64,000 nt of DNA from the NCBI GenBank assembly GCA_001643675.2, contig LSRY02000056.1:496001-560000 (forward strand). The letters are read 5' to 3'. The notes below the pieces were generated by a model, which was not told where the DNA came from, did not search any database, and saw only the letters and a list, made by a program, of their open reading frames with translations. This stretch comes from Monocercomonoides exilis PA203 (Eukaryota; Protista; Preaxostyla). Of this stretch, positions 38,448 to 50,846 are shown in pieces (the first letter of the stretch is position 1; the number at the start of each line of letters is the position of its first letter). A program made the position numbers and the translations under genes.

Positions 38448-41400
38448 CTAAGATGATTGTAATTTATTCATAATTTCATAGAATTTATTTATTTGCTGTT
38501 CTGTCTGCTCAGAAAAATTTCCTTTTCCAGCACTGGAAGATCGATGATGAGATGGAGATGATGGCCGTTGTGAAGAATCAGCGAAGAGGCGAGGAGAAGA
38601 AGGGCGAGATGAATATGACGAAGAAGTGGATGAAGTGACTGCGCTGTGGGATGGTGTTGCCTGTGTCATTGCTGCTGCTGTTGATGACGACGAAGAAGAA
38701 GACGATGACGATGTTGTGGGATTTGAAAGGGAAGGAGCAGAGGAAAACGACGAAGTGCGTCTGAGAGAGTGGTGGAATGGAGAAGATTGAGTTGAAAATG
38801 GCTGGCTTGACTGAGATGAAGCCTGAGGCGACAAAACTGCAGATTGCACGGATTGTGCAGACTGTGAAGAAGACCCAAAAGGAGAAGCAGAAGCGCTGAG
38901 TGAAGGCGAAGATGAGGAAGATGTCATTGAAGAAGCAATGAAAGGGCGCGACTTCGGCGGAGGCGGAAGAAGCGATGCCCGCCCAGCAGAAGGCGAGCGG
39001 TTGGGGGCAGACGGAGACGAGGCTGAAGTTGAAGCAGAAGCAGGCGCATACGTCCCGTCGCTTTTCGGCCTCTTCTCTCTGCCTCCTTCTCTCAAACTGT
39101 CTCTGGAACTCGCCTTCATCTCGTTCGCACTCCTCTTCCTTTCTTCTTCAGAACCATTAAAGGAAGATCGAAGAATCGCCTCTCTTTCGTTTCTCCTCTC
39201 TCTTTCTCTTTCTCTTTTCCCATTAGCACTGGAATACTTCTCTCTCCCTTCTTCCTCCCTCGCCCTTCCGCTGCTGCCACTGCCACTATTTCTACTATTG
39301 CTGTTGTTGTTGCTTCTTACCCCGCTCTTCCTCGTCTCCGCCTCCTGTGCAATCTCCCACCACGTGTTGAAATCCTCCTCAATCCTCTTTTTGATGCTGC
39401 CTCTCACAGCTGTCATTTCTTCCAGCTCATTCCGCAGGTCCCTCAGCTCGCCGTGTAGCACCCGCACCTGCTCGATCTTCGCCTTCAGCTCAGCCACTTT
39501 CGCCGTCATCGCTTTGACTGTGCGGTCCTCCGGGTTCTCCTCCTCGCTCACGCCTTGCATCGCCATCTCAATCCGCAGCTGCTCAATCGCATCCCTCAGC
39601 GCATACACCTCCCGCTGCCCTCGCTGAATCGCCTCTCCTTTCTGCTTGGCTGTCTTCACGGCGCTCTGAATGCGCTGCGTCTGCTGCTGGTAGGACTCGG
39701 TCAGGCGGTGGTTGTGGCGGAACCAGTCGAAGGCGTCCTGCGCAGAGAGGAAGCTCGAAGGTGCAGGGTGAGGAGAAGAGGAGGAGGAGGAGGAAGAGGA
39801 GGAAGAGGGGAGGAGGAAGTCGAAGTTGGGGAGGTCGAGAGAGGATGTGAGGGAGAAGGGGGAAGGAGAACTTGAAGAAGAAGAGGAGGAGGAGGAAGAG
39901 GAAGAAGAAGATGATGAAGATGACTTCATCACACCAGATGAAGATAGCAAAGCACCCTTTTCCTCTCCTCTCTCTTCTCTCCTTCTGGATGCTGCACTTC
40001 TCTCTCTCACATTCTCCATCTCATTCCCACCAGCCATTTCTCTCTCTCTTTCTCTTTCTCTTTCTCTCTCATTCCACACACCCCCACCTGTCTGTGTCCA
40101 GGCATTCCCCGTTGGTGGCTTAGCTTCCTTGATCATCTGCAGAAGCACTTCCACTTCCTTCTGTGCTTTCTCCTGTTCACGCTCGGCTTTGGCCACTTTC
40201 TTCTGCAGCTCTTCTATTATTGCACTGGCGGAAGGATCAGGTGAAGAAGAGGATGAAGATGAAGAGGAAGAAGCAGAAGAACTTGTAGAATCCAGTGCTA
40301 AAGAAGAGTTACGTTGTATTGTTCTCGTCTTTTCCATATTCCCTCCTCTTCCTCCTCCTCCACCCCCTCCTCTTATCATCTCCCTCATCACCTCAAAGAA
40401 CTCCTTCACCATCACTGTCTCTTCGATCGGCAGCTGCACCTCTCCTGTCTCATCGCCCACATACTTCTCCACCATCTCCCGCGCCTTCTCCTTTTCGCTC
40501 TGTGTGATAGGCCCTCTCCCCGATGACGAGGACTTGAAGAACGCAAGCTCCTCTTTCAGTGCTCGGATTTCTGCCTTCAGCCGCTTGTTCTGTGTGTACA
40601 CATCGACCTCTTCATTGACACTCGCTTTGTTCTCAATCAAAGTGATTCTCTGTGCAAAGCGGCACGTTGAGAGCGTCTCCCAGATGTTGTCGTCTTCAAC
40701 TGATACGTTCGCCACCATCGACGTTAGACAGTTCGACATCAGCGAATCTCGCAGGATTGTTGTGATCATCGTGTTTCTGAACGGCACATGAGACGCATTT
40801 TCGCCGATGGCCTTGATGCAGAGCTCGAGATAGTGCAGCGAAAGGTTGATGGAGATGGCTTCTTCCAGCTCTTTTCCCACTGCGCCTGTACGGGAAACGG
40901 GCTCAGAACCAGCAAGATCGACTAAGGTTAACTTTGACTTACGAGTCAGGTCTGTTCCAGCGCGGTTTGCGACTAGCTCAACAGTGAATACACAATGCGA
41001 ACGAGATGACGTGGCGTTCATTGCAGTTGATGCGTAGACTCGCGCATTCTCACCGAGAAACAGCAAAGTGAGCGCATCTTCCAAAGTAGGTGCTCGATAA
41101 GTGTTCAATCCTTTCAGGATGAACTGTCCATCTTTTTCGAAAGGTTGAACCCTCGTCTTCTCTTCTCCCTTTGAAAGAAGATCAAGTCCATCTCCATAAT
41201 ACACTTCCATATAGCTGATTTGTACTTGCCACGCATATTCAGTTCTCTGGGAAACGAAAATAATTTAAATTATAATTTATCAAAAAAATATTAAAGAAAC
41301 CAGTTCAATTTCCGAATAAATAGATTCAAGACATCTTGGAATCAACCCTTTTTCATTGTCCCAATCATGAATTCCTCCAAAAATTGTATATGTTTTCCCA

Positions 41401-41857
41401 CTTCCAGTCTACACGATGAAAAAAACGAAAGACTCTCTTCACAAAGACAATAATTTTTGAACAAAAATATACCTGACCATAGGCAAACAAAGTTGAATTA
41501 AATCCATCCAGAACGCTAAATTATTTTTTCCAGTTAAATTATAAATACATTAATTAAAATGCAAACTTGTTTACAAGTTTCCTTCCGACTCTTTCAAACA
41601 GTTCATCTTGATGACAATTTTTATCGAATATTTCTTCAATAAAATTCACATTTCAAATTTTAAGAATAAAATATCGAAATAAATTATTTTTTACCATTAA
41701 ACATAAACGAGTCTTTAATTTGTTTTGCATTTTGAGCATCAGAATCGCCATGTTCAATAGATATTTTCTTATCCAATACATTCAAATCTATGTGAGATGA
41801 CTCATTTACAGTAGGTCTGGTTCTCAAGTATGTTTGTATCCGTCTTGTAAGAGACAT
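38448..41857 (-). CDS. Kinesin-9 family (KIF6/KIF9-like) motor protein
   Basis: N-terminal IQTYLRTRP; P-loop FAYGQTGSGKTYTIFGG..GLIPR across introns; SSRSHCVF, LVDLAGSE, INLSLHYLE, HVPFRN, ETLSTCRFAQR. Coiled-coil tail ending INKFYE. Confidence 0.88.
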
Positions 41858-41964
41858 CAATACAAGACGTACAAAATTTTATTCTTTAAAACAATCTCAA
41901 AATGAATAATAATGGCTTCCAATAAAAAACTTAGGGATAATTTGATCCAGATTAATTGTGTGAA

Positions 41965-44511
41965 ATGTCTATTTTAATACAGGGTGGTCTGTTGGTTTGC
42001 GATGGTGAATCACAGCCAATGGTTGGAGATTTACTAATTAAAGGTGAATTGATTTCTGCAATTGGACCACATATCGAACCACCCGAAGATTGCAAAGTTT
42101 ATCAGATATTTTTTTGTTTTCAAATTTTATGGTTATAAATTAAAATCAATTCAGATTATTGATGCATGTGGAAAAATTGTAATGCCTGGAGCAATTGATC
42201 CACATGTACATTTTCATTATCCACAAGGTTCATTATAATTTTTATCATATAAATATTTGAATTTCAATTTACACATAAGGCGCAAATCAGATCTGGTCTG
42301 CAGATGATTGGAGAAGCGGACCAGTTGCTGCTGCTATGGGAGGTACAACTACTGTAATTGACTTTATTGAAGCAAAGCCAGGGTTTGCATAAAGCTTTCA
42401 ATATTGTGTTAATATTCAATTGACTCTGAAATAGTGAAACGTTAATGCACGCGCTACAGGACAGAAATGCAGATGCAAACGGAAAGTCTATTTTAGATTA
42501 TTCTTTTCACATGGTATGCCAGCTATTTTATGTTTCTGCTTTAGAAAAATAAAATTCGGTAGTCAATCACACGCACTGATGACGAAACAATTTCAGAAGT
42601 GCCAAAGGTTGTAAATGAAGGTATTACGTCATTCAAGATCTACACAGCATACAATGGCATTCGTCTCACCTACGAACAGTTACCAATTGCTCTTTCAGCT
42701 GTATCAAAATCAAAGGGTATTTCTATCATACACTCAGAGGATCATGAAATAATGTTTGCCCAACTTTTCTCCTAGATACATAAGTTATATGTTCTAAAAT
42801 TCAATATTTGATTTTTCAATGTTTCTTAAAACATTTGATGTTATTTGCTTTGTTATTCATTTTTTCTGATGTGAGTGTTAAACGTTTAGCTGAATGTGCA
42901 GAGAAAGGCAGAACCGAATGCAAATGGCATCCGTACTGCCATCCGATCGAGGGCGAGTTCGCAAGCAACAAAAAGATTGTTGAGATTGTCAAAAAACTGA
43001 AGCAAGAAGATCCGAATTACGGGAGAATACACATTGTGCATGTCTCAACGGCAGATGGAGGGCATCTCATAAGGCAAACAAGAGAGAGTGGAATTGACAT
43101 CACAGGCGAAGTCTGCCCGCAGCACCTCGTGTTAGATGAAAGCTTGTATTCTGATAGGCCTGACGATGAAGAGAAAGCATCATCATCTTCCTCCTCCTCC
43201 TCTTCTACTTCTTCTGCAACAGCTGCTTCTTCTACTTCTGTTGCATTAACCACACAACAACAGGAGATTCCGTCGGCTGCCCCGTCTGCATTCCGCTGTG
43301 TGTCGCTTGTGCCACTCACAAAACAGCCTCCGCCAGCTGCATTTGTGATGGCGCCTCCTCTTCGCCCTCAGTCAGAAAGAATGGTTTGTTTGAGTATTAG
43401 AAAATATTATCTTTGCTTTGAAGATATCGTTTTTTCTATTTTATTTATTTTGATAAAAAATATTTGAAAATCACAATAATCATTCTTATTTATTTATAAT
43501 TATTAATATTGTCTTGTTAACTACAATAATATCACTTTCTTTTCGACTTCTCTTTCATTTCTGCTCAGAATCTCATGCAAGCTGTAGAGAAAGGCGATGC
43601 TCTTCCATTCATCACATCTGATCACTGCCCGTTTTCCTCAATGCAGAAATACGGCCAAAGAAGACACCCAGAAAAGATGCTGGCTGCAGACGGCTCTGTT
43701 GTTGATGGCGTTCCTTCGACTGCTTGGTGGGATAAAGAAGGATGTATGCACTTTTCTTTCTTCTTTCTTTTTTTGATTCCTCCATTTTTTGTAATATTCT
43801 TGAAATACTGTTATCTTTCTTTTCACACTTTTTCTTCCTTCTCATTTTACATTTTTTTTTCCTTCTCCTTTTCTTTCTCATGCTTCTATTTCAATTCCTT
43901 TCTGACTATGCTTTTATTTTATTTTTTTTTTAAAAAAAAATCTTTTCCATTGTTTTTCATCCAGCGCCTCCATTTTCCGCCATGCCAGGTGGTGGAGCAG
44001 GTGTCGAGGTGCGTGTGATGGTTGCCTATTCATATTGCGTCGTGGAGCGTTCCTGGTCTCTTCCTCAGTTCGTCTCCTTTGTCTCAACAGCAGCAGCAAA
44101 GAGATTCGATCTGTATCCAAAGAAGGGCGTGTTGAAAGTCGGATCAGATGCTGGTTTGTCTTGTGGTGTTTATTGATTTTCAATGGACATGTGATGATTT
44201 TGGATTATTATGATTATTTTTTCTAAATTCATAATAATTATCATTCTGCTATTTTTATTGTATTGATCAAAACTTTAACATCCCCATTTCTTCTTTCAGA
44301 TGTTGTTGTGTGGGATCCCAATGCCACATGCACACTGACACAGAGCAATATGCACATGATGACTGATCTGTTTCCGTATGAGGGATTTCAAATTAGAGGC
44401 CGCCCAGAAAAAGTGATAGTGAGAGGAAGGATGATAAAAGACTCGGTTGATGGTGGGTGCTTGTCGTATGAGCCGAGAGGGAAATTGCTGAGAAGAACGC
44501 CTGCTATGTGA
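41965..44511 (+). CDS. Dihydropyrimidinase / hydantoinase (cyclic amidohydrolase), about 9 exons
   Basis: IIDACGKIVMPGAIDPHVH (HxH metal site), AAAMGGTTTVIDF, DYSFHM, GITSFKIYTAY (carboxylated Lys), HSED, HIVHVST, GEVCPQHL, FVMAPPLR, SDHCPF, PGGGAGVE, LYPKKGVLKVGSDADVVVWDP, YEG. Confidence 0.9.
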
Positions 44512-45196
44512 GTGAGGAAATAAATGGGAAAGAGAGAGGAAGAGAAAGAAAAAGAGGAAGAGGAGGAGAGAGAAAGTGGAAAGAGAGTTTGAGAAGAAAA
44601 TAAATGATTTATGAGAAAATAATGTAGTATTTAAAAGATAAACAGAAAGTTGATGTAAGATGAACAAAAAAATAAAGAAATGATGTTTTAAACTTGTCTC
44701 AACTGTTTATTTTTATTTTTTACAAAGAAAAATTTTTCAGCATATTTGAAATGACTGGGAGTGAAGCGATATATTTTATCTCAATTCAAACATTTTTCAT
44801 TCAACATTTTATCTTTAATTGTCATTTTCATTCGAGTAAAGCCTGTTTTTAGCTATGTAAAGATTTTTTTTGTTTTCAATGAAAAAAAAAAATCTTTGGC
44901 ATCTTTTGAAAATGCCAAAGACCGTTCATCATCCAATCAACCGAAATAAATTAATTTGTTAATAAATAAATAAGATTAGATTAGATAAGAAAAAACGGGA
45001 AAGCAATGAACACGCAACGCAACAATTAACACTAACCCAACAAAATCAAAAAGCAGAAAGCAGAAACAGCTCAAAAAACACTTCTTCTTCTCTTCTTCTT
45101 CTTCCCATAGCCTCAAAAGAAATACGATGAATACAAACAACAAAAAGCCATAAAAACATGGAAGCGAATTGGAATGTGATACAATCATCATCATCA

Positions 45197-47980
45197 TCAA
45201 TCCCTGTGGTGCTTGTGAAATGAGTGTTTGCCGTGTGCTCTGCTGCTGCTTCGCTCTCTCGTCCTGTCTTTGCTTTCCTCCCTTCCTCTGGAATACTCTT
45301 TGTCTCTCTCCCACTCTCGCTCTTTCTCTCTCCCTCGTTCCCTTTCTTTCTCTTTCTCTTTTTCCTTCTCTCTGTCTCTCTTTCGGTCTTTTTCTCTTTC
45401 TTTTGCTTTAGCTTTTTCCCTTTCTCTATCCCTTTCTCTATCCCTTTCTCTTTCTTCACTCGCACCTGCTTCATAATTATGTTCATGATGCTTCCTTTTC
45501 TCTTTCTCTCTTTCTCTTCTCCTCTCCTCGTCTCTGTGTCTGTGCCTTTCTTTCTCTTTCTCTTTCTCCTTCTCTCTTTCTCTCTCTCTTTCCGCCCGTC
45601 TTTCTCCGCTCCTCTCATTCTCTCTGTCTTTCGAATTGACGCTTTCGCTGTCGCTTTCCTTGCCATATGACTTGCTGTATCTTTTAACTCCTCCTTCCTT
45701 TTCACTCTCATTTTGCTCATCAGGCAAACGCCGCTCAGTTTCCCTTCCTCTTTCCTTCCCCTTTCTCTCTTTGTACATTTGCTGCTCTCCCTCTTTCTCT
45801 TTCATTATCTCTTTCTCATTCTCTGTTTCATTCCCACTTTCGCTCGATATTTTTTGATTCGCAAATTCGTCTTTCTCCTTTCTAACCATATTTTCTTGTG
45901 TGTTTCCTTCCAATTGCATTGTTTCTTGCTGATTTATTAATGTTTCGAAATGATGCGATGATTTCAAGGATGATGAAAAGTGCATTGAAGAAGAAGAAGA
46001 AGAAGAAGAAGAAGATGATGATGATGATGTCGTAGCAGACACGAAAGGCGAGGCAGAGGAATTTGAAGGCTTGGAAGATGAAGATGAAGACGAAGAGGTG
46101 ATGTGCAAAGAAGCAGAAGAAAAATCTGATGTGGATGAGAGTGAAGAAGTTATTTGTGTACTCAGCATCTGAGATGCTGAAGAAGAAGAAGAAGAGGATA
46201 AAGATGTAGAAGAAAGGGTATTTTGAATAGAAGATCTGGAGCTTTGCGAAGCAGAGGCAGAACCTGCTGATAGATTAGATGATGTGTACTGTGCTGCCGC
46301 AGCTGATCCTTGTTGTCCAGTCATCCTCTGCTGTGCCTGACCGATGAATGGATGCATCTGCTGTTGTTGCTGAAGCTGATGCTGTTGAGGCAGAGGCTGC
46401 ATCGGCAGCATGGCAGAGAACGGAGTTTGAAGTGGCAGATGATGCAGAGGTTGCTGCTGCTGTTGCTGTTGTTGCTGTTGTATTGCCTGGTAGGCAAATA
46501 CTGGCTGCTGATAAGGAGCCATTCCCGAAGCCGCAACGACTGGAATCACACCCCCTGACATCGCCTGAGGCATCATCAAAGCTTGTGGCTGTTGTTGCTG
46601 AAGAGCCTGCTGCTGCTGCTGCTGGATGAGCGAAGGCTGGGGCTGAATTATTTGGCCGATGGAGTGAACAGACGGAGGATACAAAGATGACATTTGTGAA
46701 GGAGCTTGGAGTGATTGCTGCTGTTGTTGTTGGAGTTGAAGAGAGAAACTTGTAGATGACGTTGTATATCCAGGCTGCGAATATTGTGCGTTGAAAGAGA
46801 GTGAAGTGCGAAGTTGAGACGGTTGGAGGAGATTTCTATCGTCCATTTGTTGTTGTTGTTGCTGCTGCTGTTGCTGTTGGGGAAGCAGTTGATTTTGAGG
46901 ATATATCATTCCACGTGGTCCAGATGCAGGTTGCAAAGAGAAAGGAGACTCAGGAGACGGAAGACGAGGTACATATTCTGGTGTGGGAGAAAAGAAAATA
47001 TGGAATTTTCTGTCAGACTCAGAAAATGTGAACGGAAGGAATGGGTTGCTGTAAGGAGAAGAAGACGTTGTTGGCGCAAGTGATCGGCCAAATTCAAGGC
47101 AATCTTTAAACGTGCAAATACAAGAACGAATATCTTCCAATTGTATCTGAGAATTTGTCCGCTTTATCATTTCTGTAACGTTTATTGGATTATGTGTAAT
47201 TGCACTTGCTAAACTTAACATCGCACAACCAATTATTAATGGAGTATACAAAAGAGTGATTGGATGATGCAATGACTCTTCATATAATGACCAAGCAACT
47301 TCAATTGTTTTTTTGTCGTTTCCAACGCAGTGACCCAGTTTTATTAAATGAGGATATGTGTGATTAAAATAAAAATCAAAATCCAAAAAATTCATCAAAA
47401 TGATTTCATAGTTAAAAACAGTCTCTTTGATTTGATGGTATTCCTATAAAATCATAAACAATTTTCAATTTTCAGTGATAAAAATTTTGGAGAAAATACT
47501 TCTGAACTTTCATCAAAATGTTTTGCATTATCACCATATCGAGCGTAATTGTATGACCTGAGAACATTTTGAATCCTTTTAAAATGTTCTTCTATCTTTC
47601 CTGACAAAAAAATAGATGCGACAGCAACTATCTAGAACGTTACAAAGAAAAAAACGAGGAAAATGATTTGAATCGTGAAGCATTATTAATACCTCACAGT
47701 CAAATTTTCGCATTGAGTTAAGCGTAAAAAATCGTTGATAAATATGGCATGCTGTAGCAGCAGGTGCAGTTAACCTGAATAAAATGCACAACAATAATAT
47801 TTCACTTGTTTATTTCGATTCAAACATTCCCAATTCTTTTGCCATTGTTTGGATCAAAAGACATCCACGATGACGCATTTCATGTTCATCTCTCTCACTT
47901 ACATTATCTTTCCGCGAAGGCGATTGCTGGATGTCAGAATGAGAGAAAAGTTTGCTATTGATCATTAGTGAATGGGTCAT
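45197..47980 (-). CDS. Transcriptional cyclin (cyclin T/K/L-like) with Q-rich, S-rich and RE/KE-repeat tail
   Basis: SPSRKDNVSERDE..RHRGCLLIQ, ATACHIYQRFF, VASIFLSGKIEE and YEIILMNFLDFDFYFNHTY form the cyclin box of the T/K/L class. Confidence 0.8.
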
Positions 47981-48052
47981 GATCAAATTTTTAGCATTGT
48001 TACTCAATAATTCAGAATCTTAATGTTGAAGATATTATTTGATATAGAAAAA

Positions 48053-48571
48053 TTACTCTTTTGAAAATATGTCCTTGTTTGACAAGATTATTTGCGAGGC
48101 AAGTTCAGAAGTTTCTTCTGGATATTCTCCATCAGCAAACTCTTTCATCTAAAAAAAATTTTTTCCACAAAACAAAATTAATAAATAAATAATAAAATGA
48201 ATTCCTCAAACCAATGTTAAAATATCTTCTTGTTTGTATCTCGGCTTCGTAAGGTATCGATACTCAGAGTTGTGAAGAAGACTATCCAAGCACATAAGAA
48301 GCGTAAATGCCTATTTAAAAAAAAATTAGAATAATATGATAATAAATAAAAATGAATATGGAATAAACATCATAACATGAAATTTAATTAGAAATATTAG
48401 AAAACAAATAAACATGAAAAATGAAAAATCGAAGAGAAATGGAAAGAGAAACAGATTGCAATCGCAATTATAAAAATAATAAAAATAAAAATAGAAATAA
48501 AAACAGAAATCAAAGGATAGAGATGTTAAGGCAGATGGAAACAAAAAGGATTGCTATGAATTTCTTTACGA

Positions 48572-48634
<63 letters not shown>

Positions 48635-49994
48635 ATTTATCACCTCTTCGTTTGCTGTGTCCATCTGCTCGACAAGCCGCAACAAAATGTCTATTGTCAC
48701 AATTAAGCTGTTTCCAAAGCAGAACGAAGTGCAAAGCTCGCCAATAGACAAAATATGCAGGAAAAACGATGCTATCAATGAAAAAGTGCCTTTTGGATGA
48801 ATAACTCGATTATTTCTCTCTGGATGTTCTTCATCGCTTTTCTTGCTTTTTGAATTTTCTTCTCCTTTTCCTCCTCCTTCTTCTCCTTCCTCTCCTTCTT
48901 CTTCATCAAACAAATCCTTCAATTTTTCTTTGAGACGCTTTCGCTGTTCTTCTGTTTCTTCCTCTTCATCGTCAAACTCTTCCATTTGCTTCTTCCTTTT
49001 GGCAATTTCTTCTTCACGTTGCTTACGTTTTCTCTCTTCCTCTTCTTTTTCTTTCTTCAGTCTTTCTTCTTCTCTCTTTTTTTCTTCCTCTTTTCTTCTT
49101 TCTTCCCTATCAAATTCTTCTTCTTCAGCTGGTTTTCCATCGTTCAAAACAGTCAGAAATGCGTCAATAAATGCTCTATGGCACGTATGGGTTATAATTA
49201 CCGCAACAATAGGATCAATTGAGCTCATAGGGAAATGCATGGTTAATGCCACTAGACAGAGCACTGCCTCACGTGTCACATCTCCGTTCTCTAATTCTGT
49301 GAGATCCATTAAACATAAAGGCAAATCACACACTCCAAAAGTTGAAGCAACTGCAGAAGAGGAAGAAGAGGAAGAAGGGGTTGTAGATGCTGCAGAATGC
49401 GATTTCACAAAATACTGTTCAATAATTTCATTACTTAAAAGATGATTATTAATAAGTTGAAAAAGAATACGAAGTCCAGAAATTAAAATATCAGGCGAAG
49501 CTTAACATGTACATTATTATATGTTTAAAGCTATAAAGAAATGCAATTTCAAACTTCTTTCTTTTTCAACAATCTCCTTTACGAACATAAAAAAATCGCG
49601 ACTTTTCAAAATATCCATCACAATTTCCGGAATTCCGAATGTTGAAAGAATAATATTGATTATTTTTGCTGTATTGCTTGGAATAGGAGGGGGATATGGA
49701 GGAATCTTCAAAACAAAAATCACAGCATATTCAATCAAAATCCACGAATTCAAGAGTTAAAAATAAAAAGCAAACCGATACTGACCACAAAAATATCTTT
49801 TTCACATCAATATCTTCAATTGTTTCAATCTCTTCAGCTTTCATTAAAAGATTGAAAACAACATTTCATAAAGCAAATTTTTGTTTTAACATGTTAAATT
49901 TAAATACTATTTTCAAGCTAATGAAATAAAAATTAGCATACAGACCATCAAATTGTTCAAGAATTAAACAAGTTTCCTCTTCGATTTTGCTCAT
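48053..49994 (-). CDS. SPIN90/Ldb17 (WISH/DIP) leucine-rich-domain protein, putative Arp2/3 activator, multi-exon
   Basis: CFGNSLIVTIDILLR resembles the family FYTNDLxVLIDIxxR motif, followed by LLHNSEY..RYKQEDIL and a last exon MKEFADGEY..SKE*. Alternative in-frame ATG at 50027. Confidence 0.55.
48572..48632. repeat. (AC)n microsatellite joined to a poly(A) run, inside an intron
   Basis: Seen directly in the sequence. Confidence 0.9.
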
Positions 49995-50158
49995 TAAATG
50001 AAAACGTGAGTATTTTGATCTCAACATATTATCTTGTAATTATCTCGAAAAGATTTAGCTGAAATTTGAATGTTCAACCAATTTTTGACAAGCAAAACGT
50101 GTGAAATTCAATTAATTTTTGTCTGTCATTCAAACTGATGACCCCTTAATTAATAATC

Positions 50159-50575
50159 ATGTCTGAAGAAGAAAGTGAACAAATTGGTACACCTCGTATC
50201 AATGCATCCATGTTTCCTGCAATGATTGGAAAAACCGTTCGAATTGTTGGAAAATACGAAGGCCAATTTTCTGAAGATGGATCTGAAGGAATCATCATCA
50301 CCACATCTGATGGGAAAAAAGTGAATGTAATTCAAGATCCTGGAGATTCTGCACCAACAAATCAGTATATTGAAGTTCTTGGAAACGTTATCAATGAAAA
50401 TTCCATTCAAGAAGTTTTTCTAGTGGATTTTGGAGATTCATTTGGTTTGAAAATTTAAATTGAGATTTTTGTTCATTTTATTAATTATCGTAAATAAACA
50501 TTTTCGTTAGATCTTGGATTGTATGATCAATGCGTTAAATTAATTAACGGGCCTTTCAAATCTCTTTTCATGTGA
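50159..50575 (+). CDS. RPA3: Replication protein A 14-kDa subunit, 2 exons
   Basis: TPRINASMF..IGKTVRIVGK..TSDG..YIEVLGNV..DFGDSF|DLGLYDQCVKL matches the RPA14 OB fold. Intron at about 50444-50510. Confidence 0.88.
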
Positions 50576-50846
50576 ATATTTCATTTCTCACCTCATTTTC
50601 AATCCACCTTCTTTCTTTGCATAATTTTAAATCTTCTTTTCAATATCACTTAAAATTTATACAAAAAATCTTCAATAAAAACATCAAAGTTAAAATATAT
50701 ATTTGATTATTTGTTTTTTCAACTTAAAAAGCATTCAAAACTAAAACTTCAAAAATAAAAAAAACATAACGAACTTAAAATCTAAAATAAAAACCAATAA
50801 TTATAAAATGTCATAAAAAATTCCTTAATACCAATAAATTTCATAT

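Noticed and set aside
38938-40791. Long plus-strand ORFs (229 and 321 aa) opposite the kinesin; similar antisense ORFs opposite the giant proteins, cyclin and PITP
   Set aside because: Antisense shadows of low-complexity coding sequence with no independent motifs.
48053-48148. ATG at 48148 as the first exon of the cyclin
   Set aside because: It is preceded by a TTTTAG acceptor, continues the SPIN90-like frame and ends in TAA, so it is better read as that gene's last exon.
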